Shown: positions 1-13,352, counted from the first letter of the stretch. The stretch: 64,000 bases of DNA from Casimicrobiaceae bacterium (GCA_036395475.1 DASWDF010000035.1:1980-65979); one strand, 5' to 3'. The notes: generated by a model not told the origin, from the sequence alone. Made by a program: numbers and translations.

Positions 1-77
1 GTTTTGATGAAGTGCGACTGGCCGAGGATGAAATTAGTCTCGGCCGGCTTGTCGATGCGGACGGTGGTCAGTTCCAT
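1..77 (-). CDS. N-terminal 25 codons of an adenosine-specific-kinase-like (PF04008-type) protein; gene runs off the left edge
   Basis: ATG at 77 preceded by AAGGAGG. Translation MELTTVRIDKPAETNFILGQSHFIK resembles the conserved GQxHFIKTVEDL N-terminus of that family as I recall it. Only 25 aa are visible. Confidence 0.45.
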   Translation of the reverse strand, partial: MELTTVRIDKPAETNFILGQSHFIK

Positions 78-253
78 TCGCTACCTCCTTCGGTTCACCG
101 AGGGTGAAAGGACAGGCGCACAGTGTCGAAAGCGCTTGCGCGGACCCGGATCAGCGGCAGGCGCGCCTACTCTCGCAGCGGCACCGGTGACAGCTGACAC
201 TGCGCGCAACCGCCGTCTGATGGCATCGGCGGACGACAATGCGACAGCGCCGT

Positions 254-712
254 TTACATATCGAGTTCCGGTCGCAGCATCCATACCAGCATCCACGCTG
301 CCGGCTCGCGTTCGAGACACGCGAGGCTGCCGGGACTGAATGCGAGGAATGTCGACGCGCCAGGGGCGAGGAGCCGCGCGGCGAATCGAGCAAGAAACGG
401 CATGTGACCGACGAGCAGAACATCTACGGTCCAGCCATTGACGACGTCGACCCAGGGCTCAACGGGATCGTTGGGATTCAACCCCGTCAGCGTTTCGATC
501 GCGACACCCGACCCGAGCCGAGCCGCGGCGATCTCGGCGGTCTGCCTCGCCCGCAGCTTGCCGCTCTCGCAGATGCGCTGCACCCGCACGCCGGAGCGCG
601 CAACGAACTCGGCCAAGCGCTCGATCTCGTTGCGACCTTGTTCCGACAGCGGCCGCTGCGGATTCACCGATTCGGCGAGTGCGTCGCCATGCTGAAGTAG
701 AAAGAGATGCAT
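254..712 (-). CDS. sixA: phosphohistidine phosphatase SixA-like (histidine phosphatase superfamily)
   Basis: 152 aa. N-terminal LLQHGDA (RHG-type motif), later a GHMP motif (LLVGHMPFL); size and layout are typical of SixA. Confidence 0.7.
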   Translation of the reverse strand: MHLFLLQHGDALAESVNPQRPLSEQGRNEIERLAEFVARSGVRVQRICESGKLRARQTAEIAAARLGSGVAIETLTGLNPNDPVEPWVDVVNGWTVDVLLVGHMPFLARFAARLLAPGASTFLAFSPGSLACLEREPAAWMLVWMLRPELDM

Positions 713-1093
713 GTTCCCTCCGCACCTCTGCAGGTCGACTTACATTTTGCAGCCTGCATTGCCTGTATCCCATGTCGCACGCGGAATATTGCTTTGGTCT
801 GAACCCCTGCGATTTGCTTTGATCCGTTTCGCGGTCGCGCGTGCTGTCACACGCCGCTTTCGAGTGATCACCGCACTACGGCGAACCGACCGGTTCTGGC
901 CGCACGCAGCCGATAACCTTACCGGCTCAGTCCGACCCATAGCCGCCATTGCGTACTAGATGCGAGCTGGGGTACGGGGAGGCTCGTTCCGTGGCCGAAG
1001 TGTTGGTCGTATACTGCCTTGTGCGACAAGCGCTGCGAGCCTGTTCGCATGCAGTGCGTTGTTAATCGGGCAACCTGAATGAAGGAGGCTCTC

Positions 1094-1567
1094 ATGAAAG
1101 TAGTCAAGTTTGCCGCAGTCGGAGTTGCTTTGAGTCTTGGGGCTTTTGCGGCCACTCCAGTGTTGGCGGCGGAGTACACCGCTGTAATACCACCCGATGT
1201 GAAATGGACGGACGCGCCGTCTATCGGGCCTGGTGTAAAGACCGCAGTCGTCGACGGCGACCCGAAGTCGTCGGGACCGTTCGTGATGCGTCTAAAGGTC
1301 CCACCGAAGACCAAAATAAGAGTGCACACCCACCCAGCGGATGAAAACGTTACGATCCTTTCAGGCACTCTGTACTTTGCCCCGGGCGACAAATTCGACA
1401 CCAAAACGGCCAAGGCGTTTGGTCCCGGCAGCTATTTTTCGATTGGCAAAGGAAAGCCGATGTTCGCCTACACAACGGACAAGGAGGCAGTTGCTCAACT
1501 CCATGGCATCGGCCCATGGGGCATAACGTATCTAGACTCGGCCGATGCCCCGGAAAAGAAGAAATAA
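1094..1567 (+). CDS. secreted cupin-domain protein
   Basis: GAAGGAGG 5 nt upstream of ATG 1094. Signal peptide MKVVKFAAVGVALSLGAFAATPVLAA. Cupin-like HTHPADENVTILSGTLYF core. Confidence 0.7.
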   Translation: MKVVKFAAVGVALSLGAFAATPVLAAEYTAVIPPDVKWTDAPSIGPGVKTAVVDGDPKSSGPFVMRLKVPPKTKIRVHTHPADENVTILSGTLYFAPGDKFDTKTAKAFGPGSYFSIGKGKPMFAYTTDKEAVAQLHGIGPWGITYLDSADAPEKKK

Positions 1568-1669
1568 GGCGCAGGCTAAATCAGTCCATGCAGTACGCGC
1601 GCGGGCGGGCCACCAATTGTCCGCCGCGCGTCGCGAGTGGCACGAGAGACGGGGAGGAGGATTGTGGCG

Positions 1670-1862
1670 ATGCCGTCATATTTGGCGCGTTTCAGCTATA
1701 CGCCGGAAACCGAAGACCAGACTCACCGTCTCCTGCTTGAACCGTCAGCCCGATCGGGCAGGTCACACTCGTGCTGTGACCGCGCCGCAGCTCTTCTACC
1801 TCGGCGAGCTCGCAATGGTCAAACGACAGCATATGGGCCGAAGGGTTGCCGTTCGCGTGTGA
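1670..1862 (+). pseudogene. decayed GYD-domain gene remnant (paralog of 57296-57622)
   Basis: Leader GGAGGATTGTGGCNATG and first codons (MPSYLARFSYTPET) are near-identical to the intact GYD gene at 57296. Downstream sequence loses GYD similarity and only fragments (DRAG..., FYLGE) appear in another frame. Confidence 0.35.
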
Positions 1863-1882
1863 CGCAAATCGACGCCGAAGAT

Positions 1883-2341
1883 TTATTGAGTCGAAAGCGT
1901 GCCGGCGGATGACCGTGGACGCTGGTTCATGCCGCGACTGGCGGTGTCCGGACTTTGCAGGGCCTTTTCCCGACCAGACGTTTCGGGCGTCTTGTCGGAA
2001 CGCACCGAGCCTTCCGGAACGCCGGCGCTTGCTTCCCGTGCCTTTATATTGCCGATGGAGCTTTTCGACATGTCGTGGCCGGACTTCACGCGGCTGTCAC
2101 GCGGATTGCCTGTCGCTGCGGCGCCCTTGGCCGCCTGCTCGACTGTCTTTTTGCTCTTGGTTGGCTCAGCGGGATTGCCATGTAGCCGCGCCTGAGGGTT
2201 GCCATCCGATTCTGCGCCCTCGAGTCTGAGTCGCTCTTTCGGGGCTTCGTTGCCGACGGGCAACTTGGTGATGCCGTCGGCCATCGCCAACGGGACCATC
2301 CCCAGCAACAGCGTGAGAGCAAGACTTCCGAATGTATGCAT
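1883..2341 (-). CDS. hypothetical secreted low-complexity protein
   Basis: AGGAG 8 nt upstream of ATG 2341. Signal peptide MHTFGSLALTLLLGMVPLAMA. The rest is K/E/S/G/P-rich with no recognisable domain. Confidence 0.4.
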   Translation of the reverse strand: MHTFGSLALTLLLGMVPLAMADGITKLPVGNEAPKERLRLEGAESDGNPQARLHGNPAEPTKSKKTVEQAAKGAAATGNPRDSRVKSGHDMSKSSIGNIKAREASAGVPEGSVRSDKTPETSGREKALQSPDTASRGMNQRPRSSAGTLSTQ

Positions 2342-2584
2342 TTGGCACTCCTGGCGCTCGCCACCATCGCAACGCAGTGGACCCAGGGTAGCCGAGCAAG
2401 GACCGTGCCGACGGTGGTTGAGCAAAGAACCGGAGCAGCGTCCAACCCACGGATCGCCCCGCGCGCTTCGCGTCAGGTGACGTTCTACGTCCGGCCGTGG
2501 CCGAGCGAAGCCCTCGGCGTCGCGATTCTTGTTGATGGAAAAAGGGAAGCTCGCCGCAGCCCATTGCTGCGTCGCGCGCAGCAA

Positions 2585-3118
2585 CTATTGGAATGAAAGC
2601 GGTGGTGGATAAGCCGTATTCAAGTTAATGGTCGCCAAGACAGGATGCAGACCGTTTTGCCGCACGGTCACCGGCGCACATCCGGTATCGTAGAGAATCG
2701 ATTGAATGACCACCGTGGTCGCAGTCCCAACGGCTCCCACATAGAGAACGACCCCGGCCGGAGTCTGCACCTGTGCGGTCGCACGCACGCCCGCATAGGG
2801 CGAACCGTGGACATGGGCACCCGCCGTGCAATCGCGCGAGGTGAATAACACGCTGCCCCCGGCTTGCCATGTCGCCAATCCCGATGCCGTACGTCCATCC
2901 GGATCGTAGATCGGGCGGATCAATGCAGGCGCTGCGACACCGCTGCCGATGTCGACGAGCACGATGGTTTCATTGAATGGTCTCGCGGCGACATTGCCGG
3001 TCGAGTCCACCAACACGATAGGGTTGAGCGATGCCGGAGCGCCTGCGCTTTGCGCACTGGCGAACGCGTTCGCGATGAGAATCACCGCAGCGCTCGCTGC
3101 CATAAACCGCGCCGTCAT
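2585..3118 (-). CDS. hypothetical secreted protein
   Basis: AGGAG 8 nt upstream of ATG 3118. Signal peptide MTARFMAASAAVILIANAFASAQS. 177 aa, no family recognised. Confidence 0.5.
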   Translation of the reverse strand: MTARFMAASAAVILIANAFASAQSAGAPASLNPIVLVDSTGNVAARPFNETIVLVDIGSGVAAPALIRPIYDPDGRTASGLATWQAGGSVLFTSRDCTAGAHVHGSPYAGVRATAQVQTPAGVVLYVGAVGTATTVVIQSILYDTGCAPVTVRQNGLHPVLATINLNTAYPPPLSFQ

Positions 3119-3324
3119 GTCGAGACTCCTGCTTGCGGACAATGATACTGCCCGGCGTCGGCACGGTGCGGGGTAACGTGTCGATGATGCCGTCGTCGCA
3201 TGTCGGGTTGGCGCAGAGCCGGGGCGCTTGTTAAACTCCTTCGCTCGGTCCTCGCAGCTCGATCTCCTGTCGGCACGCGTGATTCGATCGAACGTCTTGT
3301 CATCCGATCCGCGAGGCTCGCGCA

Positions 3325-4734
3325 ATGGAACGCACGACAGTCAATGATGTGATCGCCGATCTGCGCAGCCTGGGTCTGTCCTCCGATCCGGACGCGCGTC
3401 TGCCGAAGGGTGCGCGTCCGCCGGCGGACATGCTGGACCGCTGGGCACGCACCGCCGCTCTGGCCGAGCCCGACGCGCGGCATGCGGCCATCTGGGCGAT
3501 CCGCGAAGCGGCGCACGCCGCGGGTGTCGTGCCGTGCTCGGTGCAGGGTCTCTACGCGGCCCGCGGAGCGGGTCGCTGGTCGGACCGAACGGTGCCCGCG
3601 TTGAACCTGCGCGGCTGGAGCTATCAGACGTGCCGCGCGGCATTTCGCGCCGCCGGGAAAATCGGCGCGCGGCTCCTCATCTTCGAACAGGCGGTGGGCG
3701 AAGCGATTTACGCGGCGCAACCGCCGGCCGAATACACGGCCGCCGTTCTCGCCGCAGCGATGCGGGAGGGACATACCGGGCCGGTGTTCCTGCAGGCCGA
3801 TCACGATCAGGTCAACGCGAAGAGCTATCTCAAGGATCCCGACGCCGAGATCCGGCGTCTCACCGACGTGATTCGCGCGCAAATCGCGGCGAGCTTCTTC
3901 AACATCGACATCGATGCGTCCACGGTGGTCGACCTGTCGTTGCCGACGGTGGTCGATCAGCAACGTCTCAATGCGGAGCTGACCGCGCGATTCACCTGCC
4001 TCGTGCGCGAGCTCGAGCCGCCTGGCGTGACGATCTCGGTGGGCGCGGAGATCGGCGAAGTCGGGCATCACAACACGACACCCGAGGAAATGCGCGCGTT
4101 CATGGTGACGTATACGCAGGCGCTCGCCGCTTGCGGCAACGGCGCCGTCGGCGCAAGCAAGGTCAGCGTCAATTCGGGGACCTACCACGGCGGCAAGGTC
4201 CTGCCGGACGGCAGTCTCGCACCGATCAATGTCGGTTACGAAACGTTGCGCGCCATTTCGCGCGTCTGTCGCGACGAGTACGCGATCGCCGGCGTCGTGC
4301 AGCACGGCGCATCGACGCTGCCCAAGGAGCAATTGTCGAGGTTTCCGGAGACCGGGACTGTGGAGATCCACCTGGCGCTCGGCTTCAACAATCTGATCTT
4401 CGACCACCCGCGCCTGCCGCAGGCGGTGAAGGACGAGATCCGCGCCTATGTCTTCGCGCATCTGGCGCACGAGCGCGCCGCCGACGAGACCGATGCGCAG
4501 TTCGTCTACAACACGCGCAAGAAGGCGTGGGCGGGCATGAAGGAGCGCTTCTGGAACCTGCCTGAAGACATCCAGCAGGACATCATGGCGTCGCTGGAAG
4601 CGATGTTCGGCGACATGTTCGTGCGCATGAACGTCGGCGATACCGAAGATCTCGTCGCGCGCCATACGCAAGTCACCGTCGTGCCGGTGCCGCTGCCGCC
4701 GGCGCTAGCGCGTATGCTGTCGCGCGCGGCCTGA
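3325..4734 (+). CDS. class II ketose-bisphosphate (fructose/tagatose-bisphosphate) aldolase family protein
   Basis: 469 aa with class II aldolase-like metal and phosphate motifs: VFLQADHD, GAEIGEVGHH, SGTYHGG, VVQHGASTLP. First gene of a sugar ABC/kinase operon. Confidence 0.7.
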   Translation: MERTTVNDVIADLRSLGLSSDPDARLPKGARPPADMLDRWARTAALAEPDARHAAIWAIREAAHAAGVVPCSVQGLYAARGAGRWSDRTVPALNLRGWSYQTCRAAFRAAGKIGARLLIFEQAVGEAIYAAQPPAEYTAAVLAAAMREGHTGPVFLQADHDQVNAKSYLKDPDAEIRRLTDVIRAQIAASFFNIDIDASTVVDLSLPTVVDQQRLNAELTARFTCLVRELEPPGVTISVGAEIGEVGHHNTTPEEMRAFMVTYTQALAACGNGAVGASKVSVNSGTYHGGKVLPDGSLAPINVGYETLRAISRVCRDEYAIAGVVQHGASTLPKEQLSRFPETGTVEIHLALGFNNLIFDHPRLPQAVKDEIRAYVFAHLAHERAADETDAQFVYNTRKKAWAGMKERFWNLPEDIQQDIMASLEAMFGDMFVRMNVGDTEDLVARHTQVTVVPVPLPPALARMLSRAA

Positions 4735-4793
4735 TCCTCAAGCGGCATGTGAACACAGCGCGGTTCTGCAAACGCGTCCTTTCCGGGGGAAAC

Positions 4794-6074
4794 ATGAGTT
4801 CGTTCGTCTCAAGTGTGGTTCGCAACTGTGCGCTCACCGTCGTCGCCGCGATGGCGTTGACGTCGATTACGGCTTCAGGCGCTCCTGCCGAAGTGAGATG
4901 GGCGCAGTGGAAGACGACGGAGGTCGGCGAGAAGACGATGGGCGAGCTCAAGGCCGTCTTCGAAAAGGAGAATCCCGATATCACGCTGACGCTGGTCGAC
5001 TCGCCGTTCACCGGCTTCCACGACAAGGCCGTCGTGCTGTACCAGGCGAAGAAGCTGCCGGACGTGCTGCTCGTCCAGGTCGATTGGGTCGCGGAGTTCG
5101 CGGACCTCGGCATGCTCGAGCCGCTGGACGACTGGATCGCGAAGGAACCGAAGTCGTTCATGGACAACATTCCGGTCACGTTCCACCAGAAGTGGCGCGG
5201 CAAGCAGTACTACCTGCCGATCGAGAGCGGCGCGGTGGCGCTGTTCTACAACACCGAGATCTTCAAGAACGCCGGCATCTCCGGCCCGCCGAAGACCTGG
5301 GATGAGTACTCGGCAGTAGCGAAGAAGGTGACCAATCCCGACAAGAAGATTTTCGCGACCACGGCCACCTTGGCGGTCGAGCCGCCGACCAACATGACGT
5401 ACGACATCTACCCGCTGATCCTGCAGGCGGGAGGCAACCTGATCGACGAAAAGACCAACAAGGCGGTCTTCAACAGCCCCGCAGGCGTGAAGGCGATCGA
5501 GTGGTACGTCGACCGCGTCAACAAGGACAAGGTCGCCGTGCCCGGCGTTCTCAGCAACGGCGAGAAGGAGAAACGGGCGAACTTCGCCGCCGGCAACGTC
5601 GCGATGATGTTCGAAGGCCCATGGGGCATCGCGATCCAGAAGCAGCTCAACCCCAACCTCAAATACGACATCGCGCCGCTGCCCGCGGGCGCGACCACGG
5701 GCACGATGGTGCGTGGCTCGCTCAACACGATTACGACGCAGGCGCAGAACAAGGAAGCGGCCTGGAAATTCGTGCGCTGGTTGTCGGGCCCGAAGGGAAT
5801 CGAGCTGTGGTCGAAGGCGACGGGCGGATTTCCCGCGCGCAAGGATGTCGCCGATCAGCCGTGGTTCAAGGAGAAGATGCTGTTCCAGGCGTTCTCCCAG
5901 CAGATGCAGTTGCCCAATGCGCGCTCGCCGTTCCTCGGAATGCCCAACGCCGTGCAGATGAACAAGATCATGACGACCGAGGTGCAGAACGTCGTGCAGG
6001 GAAAGAAGACCGCCAAGCAGGCGCTCGACGACGCGGCCGTCGAGTGGAACAAGATCCTCGCGACGTCCAAGTAG
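4794..6074 (+). CDS. ABC transporter (CUT1-type sugar) extracellular solute-binding protein
   Basis: GGGGGA RBS before ATG 4794, then a signal peptide. About 425 aa family-1 SBP with a typical conserved pattern (MFEGPWG, KEAAWKFVRWL). Confidence 0.85.
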   Translation: MSSFVSSVVRNCALTVVAAMALTSITASGAPAEVRWAQWKTTEVGEKTMGELKAVFEKENPDITLTLVDSPFTGFHDKAVVLYQAKKLPDVLLVQVDWVAEFADLGMLEPLDDWIAKEPKSFMDNIPVTFHQKWRGKQYYLPIESGAVALFYNTEIFKNAGISGPPKTWDEYSAVAKKVTNPDKKIFATTATLAVEPPTNMTYDIYPLILQAGGNLIDEKTNKAVFNSPAGVKAIEWYVDRVNKDKVAVPGVLSNGEKEKRANFAAGNVAMMFEGPWGIAIQKQLNPNLKYDIAPLPAGATTGTMVRGSLNTITTQAQNKEAAWKFVRWLSGPKGIELWSKATGGFPARKDVADQPWFKEKMLFQAFSQQMQLPNARSPFLGMPNAVQMNKIMTTEVQNVVQGKKTAKQALDDAAVEWNKILATSK

Positions 6075-6117
6075 CGCGCAGCGGTTGCCGCAACCCGCCG
6101 TTCGATCGCGCGAAGAC

Positions 6118-7077
6118 ATGACCGAACACCCGGCCTCCGCCCCGATGGGCGGGGCCGGTGTCGTTGCGCGCGTCGCGATGCCCAAGCCGCTGACGTTTCG
6201 CCGCCGCTATCGCCAGGAGCTGCGCGCCTATGCGTTCCTGTGGCCGGCATTGCTGATCCTCGGCCTGCTGATGGTGTACCCGCTGCTTCAGGTCATCCGG
6301 ATGAGCTTCTTCGACGTCAGCGTAATGAAGGAGAGCTGGGTCGGCCTGGACAACTACGCAGCGCTGCTGCAGACGTCACTGTTCTGGCAGGTGCTGTGGC
6401 AGACGATTCTCTTCACCGCGGGCAGCGTGATCCTGCATCTCGTCATCGGCCTCGGTCTCGCACTGCTGCTGCACGCAAAGATCAACGCCCGGTTCCGCAG
6501 CTTCATGCGCGGGTTGCTGATCATCCCGTGGCTGCTCGCGCCGACGGTCGCCGGAATGATCTGGGTGCTGATGCTCGCTCCGTTCGGCGTGGTGAACGGT
6601 CTTCTCCAGTCGTTGGGTCTTCTCGATCCCAGCGCGACCGTGAACTGGCTGGGTAGTCCGGAAACGTCGCTGCTGTCGGTCACCGCGATGAACGTGTGGC
6701 GCGCGTTTCCATTCTTCCTGGTGATGCTGCTCGCGGGATTGCAGGCGATTCCGGAAGAGTTGTACGAGGCCGCCGACATCGACGGAACGTCGGCTCTCGC
6801 GAAGTTCTGGTACATCACGCTGCCGGGACTGCGCGGCGTCATCACGACCGTCATACTGCTCGACTCGATCTGGACCTTTCGCGCGTTCGACCCCGTGTAC
6901 GTGATGACTGGCGGCGGCCCGATCAACTCGTCGGAAGTGCTCGCGACCGCGATCTATTTCGACGCGTTCCAGAAGCTCAAATTCGGCTATGCGTCGGCGG
7001 AAGCCGTGGTCATGTTCGTGATCCTGTTCGCGGTGAGCGCCGTTTACGTGCGGCGCGCCGTGCGAGAAATTGGCTGA
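6118..7077 (+). CDS. ABC sugar permease (MalF/UgpA-like)
   Basis: Six TM segments and EAA loop ELYEAADIDGTSALAKFWYITLPGL. Start could be 6085 (TTG) or 6118 (ATG). Confidence 0.85.
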   Translation: MTEHPASAPMGGAGVVARVAMPKPLTFRRRYRQELRAYAFLWPALLILGLLMVYPLLQVIRMSFFDVSVMKESWVGLDNYAALLQTSLFWQVLWQTILFTAGSVILHLVIGLGLALLLHAKINARFRSFMRGLLIIPWLLAPTVAGMIWVLMLAPFGVVNGLLQSLGLLDPSATVNWLGSPETSLLSVTAMNVWRAFPFFLVMLLAGLQAIPEELYEAADIDGTSALAKFWYITLPGLRGVITTVILLDSIWTFRAFDPVYVMTGGGPINSSEVLATAIYFDAFQKLKFGYASAEAVVMFVILFAVSAVYVRRAVREIG

Positions 7078-7099
7078 CCCGCGCACGGCACGGTGGGGA

Positions 7100-7933
7100 A
7101 TGCGTGCGCGGCGCCGCGCTGCGCACGTCGCGATCTACGCGATTCTCGTCGCGGTGACGCTCATCATGTTGTTCCCTATCGCGTGGATGCTGACGGTGTC
7201 GGTGCGACCGAACGTCGAGGTGATGAAGATACCGCCCGACTGGATTCCCGCGATCTTCACGCTCGACGCCTACCACAAGGTCCTGAACAGCGGACGTTAT
7301 CTGAAGACGTTCGCGAACACGTATTTCGTCGCGCTGGCGGTGACGGCCGTGTCGCTCTTCATCGGCGCGATGGCCGCCTACGCGCTCGCGCGGTTTCGCT
7401 TCAAGGGACAACGCGCCGTGTTGATGTTCCTGATCACGACGCAGATGTTTCCACTCGTGCTGCTGTGCATTCCGTACTTCCAGGTGGTGGTGAAGCTGGG
7501 GCTCTACGACACGCTGACCTCGCTCATCGTCGTGTACGTCACGTTCACGTTGCCGTTCTGCATCCTGATGCTGCGCAGCTACTTCGCGCAGATTCCCAAG
7601 GACATGGAGGAGGCGGCGATGGTCGACGGTTGCTCGCGGGTCGGCGCGATCCTGCGCACGCTGCTGCCGCTCTCCTATCCCGCGCTGATCGGCGCCGGCC
7701 TGTACACGTTCCTGCTCGCGTGGAACGAATTCCTGTTCGCGGTCGTGCTGATCGAGGCGTGGGAAAAGCGCGTCATCACGATGGCGATCTACAGTCTGCT
7801 GGCCGAGTTTGTCACCGATTGGAGCACGATGATGGCGTTCTCGGTGCTGGCGAGCGCGCCGCTCGTCATCGCATTCATCTTTCTGCAGCGCTACATGGTG
7901 CGCGGCATGACGGCGGGGGCGATCACGGCGTGA
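7100..7933 (+). CDS. ABC sugar permease (MalG/UgpE-like)
   Basis: EAA loop EEAAMVDGCSRVGAILRTLLPL and six TM segments. Start is 7070 (TTG) or 7100 (ATG). Confidence 0.85.
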   Translation: MRARRRAAHVAIYAILVAVTLIMLFPIAWMLTVSVRPNVEVMKIPPDWIPAIFTLDAYHKVLNSGRYLKTFANTYFVALAVTAVSLFIGAMAAYALARFRFKGQRAVLMFLITTQMFPLVLLCIPYFQVVVKLGLYDTLTSLIVVYVTFTLPFCILMLRSYFAQIPKDMEEAAMVDGCSRVGAILRTLLPLSYPALIGAGLYTFLLAWNEFLFAVVLIEAWEKRVITMAIYSLLAEFVTDWSTMMAFSVLASAPLVIAFIFLQRYMVRGMTAGAITA

Positions 7934-8892
7934 CGCCCGCTGCGACAACTGCCGCACCCGCGTTCGACGTGGTCGGACTCGGCGTCAACGCGCTCGATCT
8001 GATCGCGGTCATCGACGGCTTTCCGGCGCCGGATTCGAAGGTGCCGATCCGGGACTTCGACGTGCAAGGCGGCGGAATGACGGCCACGGCGATGGTGGCG
8101 TGCGCCCGCCTGGGCTTGAAGTCCCGTTACATCGGCAAGATCGGCACCGATCTCTGGTCGCGTCTGTCGTTGCGTTTGATCGCGAAGGAAGGCGTCGACG
8201 TGCGCGGCGTGATAAGGGCGAAGGGAAGCCCGGGCCATGTGAGCTTGGTGTTGGCCGATCGCGGCACTGGACAGCGCGCGCTGTTCTTTCGCCGGCCGGC
8301 GGCGTACGACATTCGCCCCGACGAGCTCGATCGCAGCGTGATTACTTCGGGGCGGCTGCTGCACGTCGACGGCGTCGATGCCGGGGCGGCCGTGCAGGCG
8401 ATCGCGTGGGCGCGCGAGGCGGGCATGCGCGTCACGATGGACGGCGAACGTATCGTGCCCGGTATCGAGAAAGTCTGGCCGCGCGTCGATCTGCTCGTTT
8501 GCAATCCCCGCTTCCTCGCTTCGGTCGCAGGTACGACCGCGCCCGAAGATGGACTGCGCTTCCTCGCGGCGCGAGGTCCTTCGCGCGTCGCGGTGACGCT
8601 GGCGGAGCACGGCGTGCTCGCGCTGACCGAAGGCCGCATCATTCGTGTTCCGGGATTACCCATCGTTGCGGTGGACACCAACGGCGCGGGCGACGTCTTC
8701 CACGGCGCGTGCGCGATCGGCGAGCTGCGCAACTGGCCGTTCGAATGGACGCTCGCGTTCGCCAACGCGGTCGCCGCGATGAAGTGCCGGGCGCTCGGCG
8801 GCCGTGCCGGCATTCCCGCGCTTGGCGAAGTGATCGCATTCCTCGCCGACAACGGCTACGGCGAAATCGCCCGCGCGCTCGAGACTCCCTGA
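7930..8892 (+). CDS. PfkB-family carbohydrate kinase
   Basis: GTG 7930 overlaps the permease stop (GTGA). GLGVNALD N-terminal motif and the PfkB signature DTNGAGDVFHGA. The ORF track shows it only as the tail of a 599-aa frame. Confidence 0.8.
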   Translation: MTPAATTAAPAFDVVGLGVNALDLIAVIDGFPAPDSKVPIRDFDVQGGGMTATAMVACARLGLKSRYIGKIGTDLWSRLSLRLIAKEGVDVRGVIRAKGSPGHVSLVLADRGTGQRALFFRRPAAYDIRPDELDRSVITSGRLLHVDGVDAGAAVQAIAWAREAGMRVTMDGERIVPGIEKVWPRVDLLVCNPRFLASVAGTTAPEDGLRFLAARGPSRVAVTLAEHGVLALTEGRIIRVPGLPIVAVDTNGAGDVFHGACAIGELRNWPFEWTLAFANAVAAMKCRALGGRAGIPALGEVIAFLADNGYGEIARALETP

Positions 8893-8944
8893 CGCCGAGG
8901 AGGCGTTGGCATTCGCGAACGCAGCGTTTCCTGCGCCGTGAGAA

Positions 8945-11860
<2,916 letters not shown>

Positions 11861-12173
11861 CGACGCTCCTTGCCACTAACGGACGTTATGAGCGTGCAGC
11901 GATCACGCCGGGTTAGGCGGAGACGCCCTTGTCCACCGACGGCGCGCAGCCGCGGCAACTGCGGGAGCGTGAGGCCGAACAGGCTTCGCCGCGATTAACG
12001 CAGCGACCGAGCAGGTGCTTTGGACGAGGCTGAGCCCGAGCACCGCTTTGCGCAGCATCTTGGCTCCCCTGAGTAAATGTCCGAACAGGACAAAGAGACG
12101 CTACATCGTTGCCGTCAGAGGGTCAAGGAATGCCTGTGCACGTCGCCCGCGCGCTCGAGACGCCCTGAGTCCG

Positions 12174-13280
12174 CTACCGAATCGCTGCAGTAGTCGCCGG
12201 ATCGAACAGATGCGCCTTGCGCAAGTCGAAGGCGAGCCGGTGAGGCGCTCCATCGCGGGCCGTGGTCTCAGATTCCACCCGCGCCACCAAGCCATGCCCG
12301 CCGACGGAGCCGTTGAGGAAGGCCTCGTTGCCCATCATCTCCACGACGTCGATCGTGGCCTCGACGCAGCACTCGGCTGCGCACTCCGGATGCAGGTCGG
12401 CGTCGTCGATGTCCTCGGGTCGAAGCCCCAGCACGACTTCGCGGTTGATCCAGGCGGCCAGCTTGTCGTGCCCTGGCCAACTCGACGGAAGCGGCAACCG
12501 GAACGATTCCCCGCGAACGATCACGCGCCCGGCGGATTCCTCCAGCGAGGCCTGGAAGAAATTCATCGCCGGACTGCCGATGAATCCGGCCACGAACATG
12601 TTGTCCGGATGCTTGTAGATGTCGAGCGGCGTTCCGACCTGCTGGACCCGTCCGTCCTTCATCACGACGATCCGGTCGCCCATCGTCATCGCTTCCGTCT
12701 GGTCGTGCGTGACAAAGATCATCGTCGTCCGCAGGCGGTTGTGCAACTTCGATAGCTCCGCGCGCATCTGCACGCGGAGCTTCGCATCGAGATTGGAAAG
12801 CGGCTCGTCCATGAGGAAGACTTCGGGCTCGCGGACGATGGCGCGGCCCACCGCGACGCGTTGACGCTGTCCGCCGGAAAGCGCTTTGGGCGTGCGCTCC
12901 AGCAAATTCTCGACGCCCAGCAAGGACGCGGCGGACCGGACGCGCTGATCGGTCGTCTCGCGCGGCAGGTTTCGCCGCTTGAGCGCGAACGCCATGTTCG
13001 CGTAGACCGTCATGTGGGGATAGAGCGCGTAGTTCTGGAACACCATGGCGATGTCCCGATCCTTCGGGGGAACATCGTTGACGAGGCGGTCGCCGATGTA
13101 GATCTCTCCATCGGTGACGTCCTCGAGTCCGGCGATCATGCGCAGCGTCGTCGTCTTGCCGCAGCCGGAAGGACCCACCATGACGACGAATTCGCGGTCA
13201 GGTATCTCGAGGTTGACGTCGTGCACCACCGCGTTGGCGCCGAAAAGTTTCGATACGCTCTTGAGCGTGACTGCTGCCAT
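12174..13280 (-). CDS. ABC transporter ATP-binding protein (UgpC/MalK type), not adjacent to permeases
   Basis: Walker A GPSGCGKTT, signature LSGGQRQRV, Walker B FLMDEPLSNLD, and a C-terminal MalK-like regulatory domain. Confidence 0.9.
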   Translation of the reverse strand: MAAVTLKSVSKLFGANAVVHDVNLEIPDREFVVMVGPSGCGKTTTLRMIAGLEDVTDGEIYIGDRLVNDVPPKDRDIAMVFQNYALYPHMTVYANMAFALKRRNLPRETTDQRVRSAASLLGVENLLERTPKALSGGQRQRVAVGRAIVREPEVFLMDEPLSNLDAKLRVQMRAELSKLHNRLRTTMIFVTHDQTEAMTMGDRIVVMKDGRVQQVGTPLDIYKHPDNMFVAGFIGSPAMNFFQASLEESAGRVIVRGESFRLPLPSSWPGHDKLAAWINREVVLGLRPEDIDDADLHPECAAECCVEATIDVVEMMGNEAFLNGSVGGHGLVARVESETTARDGAPHRLAFDLRKAHLFDPATTAAIR

Positions 13281-13352
13281 GCCGCAATCCTTTTTGGTCA
13301 GTCCGTGACGTTCTGTCGCCTATATCGCCGGCCGGGTCACGTGGGACGGTCC

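Noticed and set aside
3115-4671. 518-aa ORF antisense to the aldolase gene. Similar long antisense or shadow ORFs occur at 4875-6185, 7010-7957, 32967-34358, 42410-43540, 44895-46652, 52692-53975 and 55562-56779.
   Set aside because: These are Arg/Ala/Gly/Pro-rich translations with no motifs. Each lies exactly opposite a gene with strong family signatures, which is the typical open-frame artefact of high-G+C DNA.
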